Source of the DNA: Camelus dromedarius
Lineage: Eukaryota
Assembly (NCBI RefSeq): GCF_036321535.1
Contig: NC_087437.1
Location: forward strand, 87,112,001-87,176,000
DNA: 64,000 nucleotides
Direction of reading: 5' to 3'
In this document: piece after piece, positions 12,378 to 25,335 of the stretch
Numbering within the stretch: position 1 is the first letter of the stretch
How the letters are laid out: every line of letters starts with the position of its first letter
Position numbers and translations under genes: made by a program
Notes under the pieces: generated by a model
The model's database searches: none
Told to the model about the DNA's origin: nothing
What the model saw: the letters and a program-made list of their open reading frames with translations, nothing else

Positions 12378-15129
12378 AAAATCACATCCTGAGATCATAT
12401 CACAGCTTCTCTACAGAGATTCTCTAGTAATTTCATATAAATATATTATTTCCACCATCTGACCTGCTTTCATCCCAGAAGTAGAGTCTCGGGCAGAGCA
12501 GCCCCTGTTTTGGCCCCACTGGGGTTCGAGCCACACTCTTGACCCTTTCTCCTGAATGTGCTCAGTTGTCAGTTTTGCCTACCACAGCTGTTGGATATTC
12601 CAGAGGATCAGATGGCCAGAATAGGTCTGGAATAGACCTATTAGCATCTCAATGCAGCCGCTCTGTCCCCTTTATTACCAATTCACTCAAATTAATTAAT
12701 TTTTAATTTTGCACTACCTCAACTATTATAAATCAAGTCAACCACCGAGACAGAAAAGCACACTGAAACATGAAACTGTCTGTGGTTTAAGTCACAGAGG
12801 CTCAACCTCTGCAATCTGTCACTTTGAAGATCAGAAAAAAGGTAAATTATCCTGGGCAGAGATTACTGAAAAATATTTTCTTGATGAATTATGCTCCTTT
12901 CAGAAGGTCACAAAAGAGAGGAGGCATGATGATAAATGTCTGCAATGTGTGTAGATACTTAAACTCAAGTTATGAATTCAGAAAGGCTGGTTGATTTTTT
13001 AAAAATACTCCTATACCTTCCCATTTACTTTTTTGAACCTAACAGTTTTTGGTAGTGTTAAAATATATACCATTCAAATAAGGACTTTGAGTTTTTGACA
13101 GCACCTGTAACTTTATAATATTCCTAAGATGTAAGATTAATAATAATAATAATAACAATTTTGTCATCTTATTATTTTGTCATCTTATTATTTTGTTGAC
13201 TTAGCCATAATTTCTTTAAAGTAGCATCCTCTACAGGAGTTGAATGGGTTGGATTGGAGAATCATCTAAATTATAAAACTGCTATTTTGAAATATGGAAA
13301 GCAATGAAATCACTGGCAAAACATCCCTCTGTGTTTCTTTTCCTTCAATTTACTTGAATTGGTTTCAGGAATAAAACTCGCAGTAAGAAAGCATTTACTT
13401 TGAACAGTACAATCCTCTTTGAGTGAGGACTGATTGCTTTTGATATTCCATAATGCAATGTACACAGTTACAGATATAGCATATGGGGCTTTCTTTCTGA
13501 CTTTGAGCTACAAAGTATAGAAAGACCAAAGATTAAAGGTGTTCAATCACTCCAGCATACTGTGTAACTTCTTATGTCATATTCTTGAGCAAGGAAATAT
13601 GGCCAAATTTAAGATGTATTTATAACATGCTGGGTAGGATTTTTTTTTAACCTAATATAAACCTCACCATTTAAGACAGAATACAATTGGTTTCTGTTTC
13701 TGAGAATAATAAAGGGTAGATTCATGGCTACCAAATAACTCCTAGAAAGTTTGCTTTCCCTCTCAGATATAATCAAGTTCATGGTGTAGTTTATTACAAA
13801 CATTTATGAAGTAGTTTAATTTTAAATATTTGCAACCATTTTACAAGCACTTGGCATTTAAAGTTGTGGAAATGAAGTAAGTAATTTGTTGAGGTTAACA
13901 ATTCAATAAAGGATGAAAGATTAACTACATATTTTAGACCACTATTTCACAAATTTTCCTGGGCAACACTGCTTCCCCAAAACTGTACTGGTTACAGATA
14001 AATTGCCATAAATGACAACTATCGACATTTAAACAAACAGTAAAATGAAATACTTCCTAAAGTGAAGGTTGTTAAACTCAAGAATGGATTTCTTATATTA
14101 GAACTGTAGTAAAAGAAGAATGGTTTTGTGACTCTGGGACTGACTTAACTGTGGTTCTGACTGAAGGCAGAAGATATCAAAATCATATTGGGCTCTCTAG
14201 GAAAAAAAAATCCAATTATCAAATTCAAAATCAGGTTCACATACCTCAGCAAGATTTCAAGCTACTTGCTTAATGAAAAATGTTCTTAAGTTTCCCAATT
14301 CCTCTATTGTTTTTATTGAGATTGTTACGCAAATTCTTTGTGTTGGCTCTTTGGAAGACAATGTTGAACCATCTGCCAAATTGAATAGAAATTGGCCTCA
14401 CATTGTTCTCTGGCTACCCCATGTTGTGTAATCATCTCCCCTTAAAAATACAGTTTCCTTCATATTGATGAATGGTAAATACTAGTTATGTAAAGAATAT
14501 ACTGAATAGTCATTGTAGTTCCCTCGGGTATCTCAGAAAGAAAAATCTTGCCTTGATTGCTTGATGTTAATATGCTAAGAGCCAATTGATCTTTTCTCCT
14601 AAGGAAGGGTTTTAAGTACAAAAATTAAATCATTTTTATTCTCACATAATCTTACAAGCTCCAAGATTGATCATGATTTAACTTAACAGGTCAAAATGAC
14701 TCTTGTATACAGATAATAATCATCTACCACCAACTGAATTTTATATAAGTCCACTGAAATCATAGGCAGAAAATCTTAGGGAAAAAGTCAACCAAAAATA
14801 AGATTTTGTGACAATTCTGATATCACTTTTAAAATTTATTTTTATTGGAACTGAGTCCATAGAATTAAATTAATATAATTCTTGGTTTATGAAAACTTGT
14901 TTATATTGGCTCATGTACAGTCATCATTTATGTATTTATTAGTTTATTTATTTATTCATTCATTTGTCCATGGAAGCATACATTCATTGATTCATTCAGT
15001 TATTTGTTTGTTTGATTATACTACTGTAATAAATATCTATAAATCAATCATCCAGAATATGAACTATTCTTATATTTATTTACTTATAGTTTAATTTTAT
15101 AACTATTTTAAAACTTTTTAAACTTTTAT

Positions 15130-15900
15130 TCTTTTTAAATTTATAACATAGGGTGATTGTGATACATGCAACTTTAACAACCTATCTGTCACTCAATATT
15201 ATATTGCTAAGATTCATAGACAGCTTTATATTCTTATTTTTCATTAATTTTGATTGATGTATAATACTTTACTGTGTGAATGTACTATAGCTTATTCATC
15301 TGTTCTCTTTTTAATGAAATTTAGATTATTTCCAGGTCTTATATAGTTTGAACAGTACTTCATGAAAATACATCTTGCTGAACATAAACAAGAGTTTTCC
15401 TTGGGTATATAACTAGGAGAATGGCTTAGTTTATTTCTTGTGATAATACTATTTCTCAAAGTGGTTAAAACATTTCAATTCTCACAAGTTATACTAAATT
15501 TGGCTAGAAGCTGTGAAACTTCATCTTCTCCAATACTAGAAATATCTGCTTTATATATATACATATTCCTAACTAAACAGTTAACAATGGTAACTCATTA
15601 CCTTCCTGATTTAGATTTCTCTGATCATTAATGTTATTGAACATTTCTTCCTATGTTTATTGAATATATATGTTTGTTTTTTGGGAAAATGTCAATTTAT
15701 GAATTTAGCTCATTTTTCTATTCATATGTATATATATTAATACATAGAAATTCTTTGTTACTAATACATGTATTTTTCAGCTATAAGTGTTGAGAGGAGT
15801 TCTCAGTTTGAAATTTGTTTTCCTTTCATAAAATGTATTTTTTTGTAAAATGTATTTTAATAAATTAATTTCTCAATTTTAATATAAATGAAAATTTACT
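15130..15900 (-). mobile_element. Ancient L1 (L1M/L1ME-like), 3' ORF2 and 3' UTR segment
   Basis: Antisense-L1 hallmarks such as ttccttgggtatataactagga, tttctctgatcattaatgttattgaacatttcttc and ttagctcatttttctatt. Highly diverged. Confidence 0.75.
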
Positions 15901-16255
15901 GTTAAGAATTTATCAAGGTTTCAAAAAGAAAAATGATAAACTTCATGAATATATATTCAAGAAGTGTTAATAAATGTATAGATATACCATTTTCATGGAT
16001 GAGAAAAGTATATTGAAAATATATCATTTTATCCCACATTTTTTCCTAAATTTATCTGAAGTTTTAGAAATTCCAGTAAAAACCTCACAGGAATTTTCAT
16101 AGTATTTAATAACATGATTCTTAAATGTGTATGAAAGAATAAAGGGCAAGAATTGTCAGTAATAATTAAAGGCAGGAAGGAGAGATCAGATATCAGATAT
16201 CAGAACTTGTTATGAAGCTACAGTAATTAAGAAACTAAAGTATTCATGTAGGGGT
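15901..16255 (+). mobile_element. Ancient L1 ORF2 segment, inverted relative to the adjacent piece
   Basis: aaatgtatagatataccattttcatggatgag (KWRDIPCSW-like) and tatgaagctacagtaattaag (YKATVIK-like). Confidence 0.7.
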
Positions 16256-18564
16256 AAAACTGTTTAAGTAAAATAAATTTGAATTTAGGCTTAAATCTTC
16301 ATTTTGCCACTAAACGTCATTTTTTTTTGGTCCCTTTGAATGTAAAAATTTTATTCAAAAAAAGACTTGTCATAAACGTTTTTCTATTCTACAAAGCTAT
16401 CAGTGAGTAGTACCAGGAGAACATTCATCTTGAAATAACCCAGCCAAAGCCCATCCAAACACTACAGAATGACAAAAAGCCTCATTATTTTCTAATTCAA
16501 GTATACTACTGAAACTCACCTTTAGAAGTAATTAATAGCCCCATTACCAAGGAAGAAAGTGGCAAGTTTTATTGGTCCATTTGTGTCAAATCATAATTAA
16601 CCAAAATTACATTACTTAGCTATAAAGTTGAAGGAAAATAAACAATGAAATATAAATGAAATCCATTCACAAAGATTGGATTGTGGAACATTACTGTGTA
16701 GTTTAAATAATTAATTTTTTATATATGGTTTTGTAGAGCTTTACAAGACTTTATTGATTAAAATACATGAAAACAGCTACTCCATGGAAAATTAATAACA
16801 CCAAGATTTTATGTCAGCTCCAGTATAAATCAAATTCTCTTTTCTGTTAATATTAAGATTTTACAGAATAACTTCATTAATATTATTTTTATTCTATTTT
16901 TTATTCCTGTTTACATAGCATCATTATTACTCTATGAAATTGTTTTTAAATTGATCTTTCACTTCATATCAATTCAAAGTGGCATTTTTTTCACTTCTAT
17001 GGCATAATTTGTTACATTCCTACCCTGTATACTTTGCCTTTGGTTTATCCGAGAAATAAAACTCTTAAGGTTATAACTATGGAGCTCTGCCATTCAAATT
17101 TGTGCCATCTTATAAGAAGATTCTTTCCATTGTTCTACTTTCCAATTTAATCCCACCTCAATTGCAAGCCCCCAAATGTCATATTTTTTCTGCTTATACA
17201 AAAGATAAAATAATAATAATTTAAAAAAAAAAACCTGTCACTTTAATTATGGCAACAGTAGTATGTTTAGCTTATAAGTCTCATATAGGCCTGGTCTCCT
17301 GGAAAGACCAAGTGATAACCACATGAGCTAGGAAAAAAGTAGATACATCTCACTAAAAAGGAAATAAAGTGAAACTTAAGTTCCTCCACCAACTGATTAT
17401 GTTTTAGAAATGGTAAATCATCATTACAGAGAACTTCAAAAATGTCCTATACCAGGGAGTTTCCCCATAATAATATATGAACAAAAATGAAAATGATTTC
17501 ACTAGTAAGTTTTTAAAAATTAATGGGACATTGAAATCCTGGCACAAATTATCAAAATTTTTTTTCCATGCTTGTCTGTTTTAACTTCAACCATTCATTA
17601 TATTCAGGTCCAAGTTAGGCTACAGACAGTTAACTCCATGGCCCACTGATTCCACAGGCACCTCCTGAGCACAGGCGGACAGGGCTGTTCCTTTCATGGT
17701 TCTCTCCAACAGAGAATCTCTCTGGAGCAGAGAATGGGTGGCTCACATTCCAGCTATGATTTCAAATAAATATGCATTTCAAAAGCAGTCGAGTCATCAC
17801 TACTTTATTTTTCTGTTTTGTGAGATATCTGTGTGATTACATATGACTTCAGATTGAAAAGAAGACATCTGATATACTGCTTCAGTGACACATGCATTTC
17901 CTTTAAATATTAGTGACAAAATGAACTTTAGGATCTAAAAATAAATGAATTAGTCTCACCCTAAGCAGCCTCAAGCAGTCTTAATATCTTTGCATGTTGG
18001 AAAACATAATTGAAAGTCAATGAGAGAAAAATTCCCTTTAGTTAACTTTTTGCCTTTTCTAACTGACAAACTCCAAAACGCCTTCATTTATCTTAGTTAT
18101 GCCTTCCACTGTTTCCCTCTAAGAGAGGTAGCATGACACTCTAGTCTTTAGTTTGAAACAGTACAAGACTGTAGCCAACCCTAACTGAGGAACCAGTATA
18201 AGTTTTACTCTCCACTTGCAGTCTTCAAACCAACTGCAATTCAGCACATGAGAAAAAGTAACAGCCAGTGCAAAGTTCTTAGGGTCTGGCCCAGCAGGGG
18301 AAGTAAAAGCAAAAAGTCATGTCAACAACAATAACAATGAAAACATTTTTAAAAGCTTTGATCTTATGAATAGACTCAGTACCAAAGGCAAAGCCTGCTG
18401 TTCATGCCTCAACAACAGAGCAAAAAGAGCAGACATCCTCATTTACACGTACAAGCTCAATATCAAAGACAGAAAAGTGGGGAAGGACAATGTAGGTCTT
18501 AGGGGGAGCACTGAGTTAAGCTGATAGCATCATGACTGCATCTATTACACTAAAAAAAAGCCCC

Positions 18565-19091
18565 ACTACCAATCAATAAGAGCTTCCATTTTATCATTTT
18601 ATCATTTTCTGTTCTCTAAAGAGTTCATCTTCAGATATGACAGATATGAACAATATGTAAACCAAACAGTATGGCCCACCACCAGGCTGTACAAGGACTG
18701 ACTGATTGGCCAGGGCAGTCCCTGAGACACAGCACAGGGAGAAGTTCAGGAATGAGGCGCTCTGTGCCCTGAGCAAACAGGAAAAACAGGTTCTCAGCTA
18801 GTTAGAAAAATTTGAGGAGAGATTTTTTTATGAACTCGGGTTCTTGCATCGTCCCATACTTAGAAAAGCAGTAAAATCACTAACTGAGATATCTATTCCT
18901 TGTGACTAGCAGGAACCTTCTTAGCAAGATGAGATGTATGCTTAATTGAATGTACCCCTTCATCAAAAATCACGGAGCAGCTCCCCAGAGCTATCTAAGA
19001 GGCTGTCTCTGGGCTATAGTCCTTCCTAAGTCCTCAAATAAAACTGAAACTGTGTCACAGCTCTCACACTGTGCTTTTTTTCAAATCAACA
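18565..19091 (+). mobile_element. Probable ERV1-class solo LTR (resembles cetartiodactyl MER41-like LTRs)
   Basis: GC-richer ~530-bp block with AATAAA at 19037-19042 and terminus ...cacagctctcacactgtgctttttttcaaatcaaCA. The 5' TG and TSD could not be resolved. Confidence 0.65.
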
Positions 19092-20104
19092 ACTACTTGA
19101 CAAATATCCAGGACAAAATTTATTCTGCTCTTAAATCTTAATCTTTTTTTCTTATAACTCAGGTGTCATTGTATTTATGTAAGGTAAATATGTAGGATGG
19201 AATAGCTGTGATCTTTCATACTGGGATAAATTACTATATTTTATGAAAATCTGAACTTGACCATTCTTGGGTATAAAATAGTGTCCATTTTCCTACCTCC
19301 TGAAAAGGCAACTTTCCTTATACATATTGAATTCAGGTACAGAGATAAAAGAAAACTGACAGCTATGATTCTGTAAAGTTGAAAGTTCATTCCGTCTACC
19401 ATTCATCTGCATTTGATACTAAAAAAAATGACCCGAATGAATGATAGACAAATAGTTAAGTCTCTTCTAGCCTGGAGTAGAAGATTTTTTAAAATCACAT
19501 TCGTTTTGAGTCTGTGTTTAGAATTAATTACAGAGCACTTCAATTTCCTCTTGGCTACTTGAATATTCTCAAGTTTTAAGAGACCATTTTGTGTAACACA
19601 TTGTAATATTAATTGTCTTCCATTATTTAATCTGGCATAAAAATGAGGAATGGTTTCTGCACCTTTACTACATTATTAAAATGTTTTCTTTCCCCACTAG
19701 TACTTAAATTTTCCCATTAACCTAAAATTTAAACATACCTCCAAAAGAGGGTTATTTGTATTTTTTAACATTAAACCTATCCGTATTAAACATGCCATTC
19801 TTCCCCCTAAAATTATTTAAGGCCTCGAAAACCTGTTTCTAACACAAATTTGAATTTCAGGCCTTTCAGTCTAGCTTGGCCCACCATTTTGACCCATCTA
19901 ATCAGGCACAACTGTCACACCACTGCTGTTTCCACATCTGACCTCCAGTAGCAAAGTTTTCTCATACCTACCAACTTGGCCAGAAATGGGCATTCCTTGT
20001 CCAGCCACCAGATTTTGGCTTTCCTTTTTTAATTTTTACATTTGAGTTAAACTTTTTTAAGAAAATTGTTTTATAAGGAAAGGTAATGTGTTATTTCAGT
20101 CTCT

Positions 20105-20275
20105 AAAGTCTTATAATCCTACATGGTCCATAGAGCAGCAGCATCCTAGCAATCCGATAGTTTATTAGCAGTGCAGAACCTCAGACCCCACCCAAGACCT
20201 CCAGACTCAGAATCTGCATTTTTAACAAGCTCTTCAAGTAATCCATGTGCAAATTAACGTTTGAGATGCACTTTC
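20105..20275. mobile_element. MER5A-type hAT-Charlie element
   Basis: gcagaacctcagaccccacccaagacct...tcagaatctgcatttttaacaag...gtttgagatgcact. Confidence 0.85.
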
Positions 20276-20893
20276 TACATTTCCAAAAACACACAAAAAA
20301 GACAGCTAGAAGTGAGGGAGGAAGGGAAAGGAAGGTGAAAAGTGGATGCCAAATGAACTGCTTTCTTTCTGAGTTACGTGTTTAACAGAAAATATTAAAT
20401 CTAGGTTGTGCTCTCTTAGGTACATACATACTTAGGAAATATTTGACAATATAATAAAATGCTCCGAATGTGAATAGTTAAGAGTTTGGTATGACAGAGA
20501 TTATTAGCATTTTGAATAATAAATAATTTACTAATGTCACATATTGAAAGAAACAGCAGGTGCATTTTTGTTCCCCAAAAATGGCACTAAAACAGATATT
20601 CTTTAGGAACAATTGTGTCAATAAATTTACCATATTCATTCTAAAGCAAGCTTACTAATAAAAGGAGGAAGTAGTATGTCCCTTCTTTTAGGTAAATTCA
20701 ATTATTAGAAATATGGGGGGAAGTGTGTAACAAATAAGATTTTTTTGCACTTAATAAATTGTTTTTATTTAGAATAAACATATGGTATAAAGAATATTAC
20801 AGAATTATACATATTTTTCCATGGAGAAACCCAGTGACATGGGCCACCATACTTGTGCCCTTGTGGGAGCAGATTTAGAGATGCAGGTGTGTT

Positions 20894-20900
<7 letters not shown>

Positions 20901-20930
<30 letters not shown>
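20901..20930. repeat. (GT)15 microsatellite with degenerate GT flanks
   Basis: Read directly. Confidence 0.95.
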
Positions 20931-20933
<3 letters not shown>

Positions 20934-21469
20934 ATGTGGTGTGTCCATGTGGTGTGTCTGTGTTGGGGGAGTGGAACTGTATCAGTGGGATCTAGTTTTA
21001 CTGTAACACTTAAAGGTAGGTAAAGCCAAATGAAAGGTCATGTAATTCATTTCACTAAAATAGGGTCAAATAACCTCCCCTGGGATGATCAAAACCTTCT
21101 AAGGCAGTGCTTACCTATAAGTTCCATGTTAGATTCATACTACTTTTCTCCTTCATTCTACTACAAGACCTTCAACAGCTAACTCCTCACATGTTAGTTG
21201 AAGAAAGTTTAAGATCTTTGACCTAAGCCATTCAACCCCAACATAACTTTGCACCCTTATACTACAAATACATTCCAACAAAACTGTGCCATTCAGGCAG
21301 ACTAAAATGTTCTATGGTTCAGGAATGAAAGCGCAATTACTGGCGAAAACTTTTCCTATCTTTAAAACTTTCCACTGCCTTGAGAGGCCATTTTCATTCA
21401 GTATTATTTTAGCCTCAATGTTACACCCTTCATGAAGCCCTTCTTTTCTCCAGAGATCCTTCTAGTTGG

Positions 21470-21564
21470 GTATTACTACTAACTAGCTGGGGTGACCCTG
21501 CTAATATAGTTAATTGCTCGGACTCTTCATCTTCCCATTGGTAGTAAAAGTGGTTGCCCTAGAT
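21470..21564 (+). mobile_element. MIR/MIR3 fragment abutting the Charlie element
   Basis: tactaactagctggggtgaccctg...ggttgccctagat. Confidence 0.55.
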
Positions 21565-22796
21565 CTATGAATTTCTAACTTTTATTACTCACATGCACCC
21601 TAAAATAATCTTTTAAAACCTATATACTGACTCATATATTTTAAGTTAACATTTAAAATGTTTCCTCATGAGTGTAAATAACTGGAAATGATGTAATTTC
21701 CAGCATATTGTAAATATTGATATTTTAAAATAAAGCTGCTACACCAGTCTTTTAAATGCACCCAATGGAATCTAAATACCAAAGTGATTTGATACCCACT
21801 ATCAAGTAAAAATAAATGATCATGTTCTTCTCTAGTGGTCAAAAATTTTACGTTAGTTCTTGTTCTTCCTGAGTTCATACTTTCATACGAACTCCCTCAT
21901 AAAACATTATGTGAAGGTTGTAAGATTTTTATGCTTGAAAATCTTACATTAATCAATGTATCATATATTGCTACAATAAAATACTGAAATGAATAACATT
22001 TCTTTTAATTATAATGCTCTAAGTCTGCAAATTGTTTTTCTGAATTTTCTTGTTAAATTTTAAGCAAAGAACTGATCAAAACTACATGGATATAGATTAA
22101 AGACAATTTTAATTGCAACTAAAATTTGTTAGAAATTCGTGTCTTACTGAGATGAACTAGATTTTTTTTCCTAATCAGGATAGATATTACTTATCGCTAT
22201 GCACTCAGAATCAATTCATTTCTATCTTTTGTTGTTTTAGATGAAGGCATTGGGAAATCTTGTTTACATAAAAAGTGGATAGAAATGGAAATAGGTTTTT
22301 ACAGCAACAGGACTAATTCTTTGAACTTGAGTTATATGTTAAATACCATAGTAATTTACCACTAAAATGATTTTTGCTGCTTTATCAACTGACAATTTAT
22401 TGGATCTTTCTTCAATTTGAATGAAAACAGAGAACAAAAACCACTTGACTTGAAATTGAATTTGATACACAGTCATTCACATTCTCCACACCAAATTTTT
22501 AATTCCCTTTTGTTTAACACTTATATCCAAGGAACAATGCACCTTAATAAGGTTTCAGAAGAATGAGAGAAATATTTTGCTTAAAAAGAAAAAAAGAAGA
22601 GCAATTGTGAAAGGGAATTGGGAGAGAGAATTAGTTTGAACTTAAACACACTGGAATTCTCACACAAGTCAACATCAGTGGATACAAAAGTTGAGGATAT
22701 GAAAATTAATTTCCTTAAAGTGTAAATGTCAATGTACCCCCTTGGACATGCTCTGTGATTCTCCAAGCTACATGTACCTCAGTTTGAAAACTGCTG
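21565..22796. mobile_element. hAT-Charlie (Charlie7-like) DNA transposon fossil
   Basis: Start aacttttattactcacatgcaccctaaaa...gatgtaatttccagcatattgtaaatattga. End catgtacctcagtttgaaaactgctg is TIR-like. Subfamily uncertain. Confidence 0.65.
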
Positions 22797-25119
22797 GAAG
22801 TACTTTCATACTTCTTTAGGTTTGTTCATGGGCTCCTCAGGTGTTGCATCCTACACAGTGCTTTCCATAATGCCTTAAATTTAATACTCAACCACTATGT
22901 ACATATGAAATTTGTAATCTCTATAAAATTCATAATCTCTAAAGCCAAATTTATGCCATATGATAATCTAATTGTATTATATGTAATATTTTTATTTAAT
23001 TGAACATAGCATTCTCATTATGCTTTTCAACATTGATTCCCAAATGTGTTGAATGACAAGGGCACTAAGCATAGAACAATGAGCTTGTGAATATACTGTA
23101 TTTATTAGGCCTTATGGGAACACCAGGAAATTAACCCACTATAACTGTACTGGCAGGCTCTCCCATTTGCATTTTCTACAATTCTTTTCCAAGTAATACG
23201 ACATCCCAGTCAAGTTTTCATCTTCAATATTCTCTTTTTATTTCTGGAATTTGTACACCACTTAACTACACATTGCCAGTTACACATACCCTGTCCATGA
23301 ATATTAGCCAATGGGTGAAATTTTTTTTCAACAGAAACTTTGTTTTAATTGAGAAGCGAATCAAAGTAGGCATTTTATCTGGGGACCATGTGTCCAACAA
23401 AGCAGTCATTTCCAACTAAGGATACTGAAGTCAATGTTACAGCAAATCTACTTTGCAACGTTATCACACATGCCAAACATAATATTGAACTACCAACAAA
23501 ATGACTGTGTTGTGCACAATACACTATAATTAACCTTATAAATTCACTGTATTTGTAGCCCCAACATGTATGCACTTTGGTGAAAAGAACCACGGTGCTG
23601 AAAGCAAATGTGAAATTGCCTAATTGAATTTTTGGAAGCTTAAGTCACTTGACCTTTCCAGTTTAAACAACCTAATATAAGAGTTAGTCATTCTTGGACG
23701 TGAGACATTACAAATAAACTGCCCCAAATAATAGTCATCATGTTCTGGGATATTTGTACTCTGAATTATTATAGTAAATTTCCCTGAAGTGTTTCAATGA
23801 ATAGAAGAACAATACTCAGCCTTCTGAAATCACAGGTAAAGCTAGGAATCAGTCACCACTCATACCTGAATACACACAAATAGGACCCACAAGTTGTTCC
23901 TGAAAGGGTACAGGGCACCTGAGGAATTTTGCTCCAAGTTTCACAGTTTAAATTTATGTCATGATTTATAAGATATTTCCTTGATATACTGAATACTGAC
24001 TTAAATAGTCGATCTTTAGTGATGTGTAAATTCCTTACTTCAATTTAATATTTACTCAAGAAACACACAGGAAATAAATTATGATCGATAAATGAGGAAT
24101 CAGAGATTTGGAAGTGATCTCTTGGGTTTATCTCCTCCATATCCAAACAAGACTTCCCAGAAGAGAAAAACTATTACTTATTTCTCAAAGGCAATTGGAA
24201 ACAATTTACTTAAAAAATTATTTAGCACTTAGTAGCTACAATTAGAATCCTAGTGTGAGAATTTCTGTCTCTCTATTTGAAAAAAAAAGTTAGAAATGAA
24301 AACACTAAGAAATAATATTTTTAAAGCACTACATTAAAAAAGCATGTACCATTCATGATGGGTACCTTCTATGTTTAACTGAACATTTACATATAAAATG
24401 GAAGGACTCCTGAGTATCAAGTTTTCACTGATTTCTCTCTTTTGACCATTTTTGACCCAGGTAAGTGTATGGACTGTCTCTCATTCTCCCTCTCTGCCAT
24501 ATAATCTGGCCTCTGCTTTCCTGCCTATGCATATACACATTGTCAAGATCATTCCTGCACCTGCCTCTTACACTCACAGTCTTGTTCAGTGGATGCATCC
24601 GCAGGATTTAAGTGGGATTAAGCCTCAGTAATCATGCTTGAGCTTCAAACTTCATGACATTTGCAAAGTACCTAATTATTTGGCCCTGAATAAGAACTGA
24701 TTTTCTACAAGATAAAGAAAAAAATACTGTCACAGCAAAGTAATTCAGAATTTATAAAGAAGTCAGAATGGTATGACATGCCTTGTTTTAAAAGAAACAA
24801 CCCTGAACCATGTTAGACAGACCATCAAAACCAATTACCGAACCAAGTAAAGTTATTTGAGTCTGAAAAACTATCCAATCATGGATCAGTCTAAGTTCTA
24901 AATAAATAAGAATTGAAGATCCCGCAATTAGAGTACAGAAATACTGTATAAGACAAACTGTGTACTGTTTCGTTAGAATTCATTTAGTTGGTTTTTGTCC
25001 TTTTTTTGATGTATAGCAAAACTTTAGCTTCCTGGATTCTGGAACTTCCAAAAGAAAAAAAAATCTTTCTAGATAGCTGATGTTTCCTCCTAAGGCTTTA
25101 TTTTGGTTATGATAAAAGC

Positions 25120-25335
25120 TAATACTTACTAAGTACTCATTATATTCCAGGAGCTGTATCGAACACTTTATGAACATTTCATTTTCTTATTTCATCCTCC
25201 CAACAACACTACAAAGGAGATGCTATTGTTATCTCCAATTTACATATGAGGACCCAGAGAGGTTAAGTACTTTGCCCACAGTCACACAGTGAATAAAAGG
25301 TAGAACAAAGATCAAATCCAGATCCGCTGATTTAT
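25120..25335 (-). mobile_element. MIR SINE
   Basis: catcctcccaacaacact...tttacatatgagg...agaggttaagtactttgcccacagtcacacag. Confidence 0.85.

Noticed and set aside
13158..13196. 16-bp tandem duplication attttgtcatcttatt (similar small duplication at 50978-51002)
   Set aside because: Ordinary slippage duplications with two copies and no spacers; not CRISPR-like.
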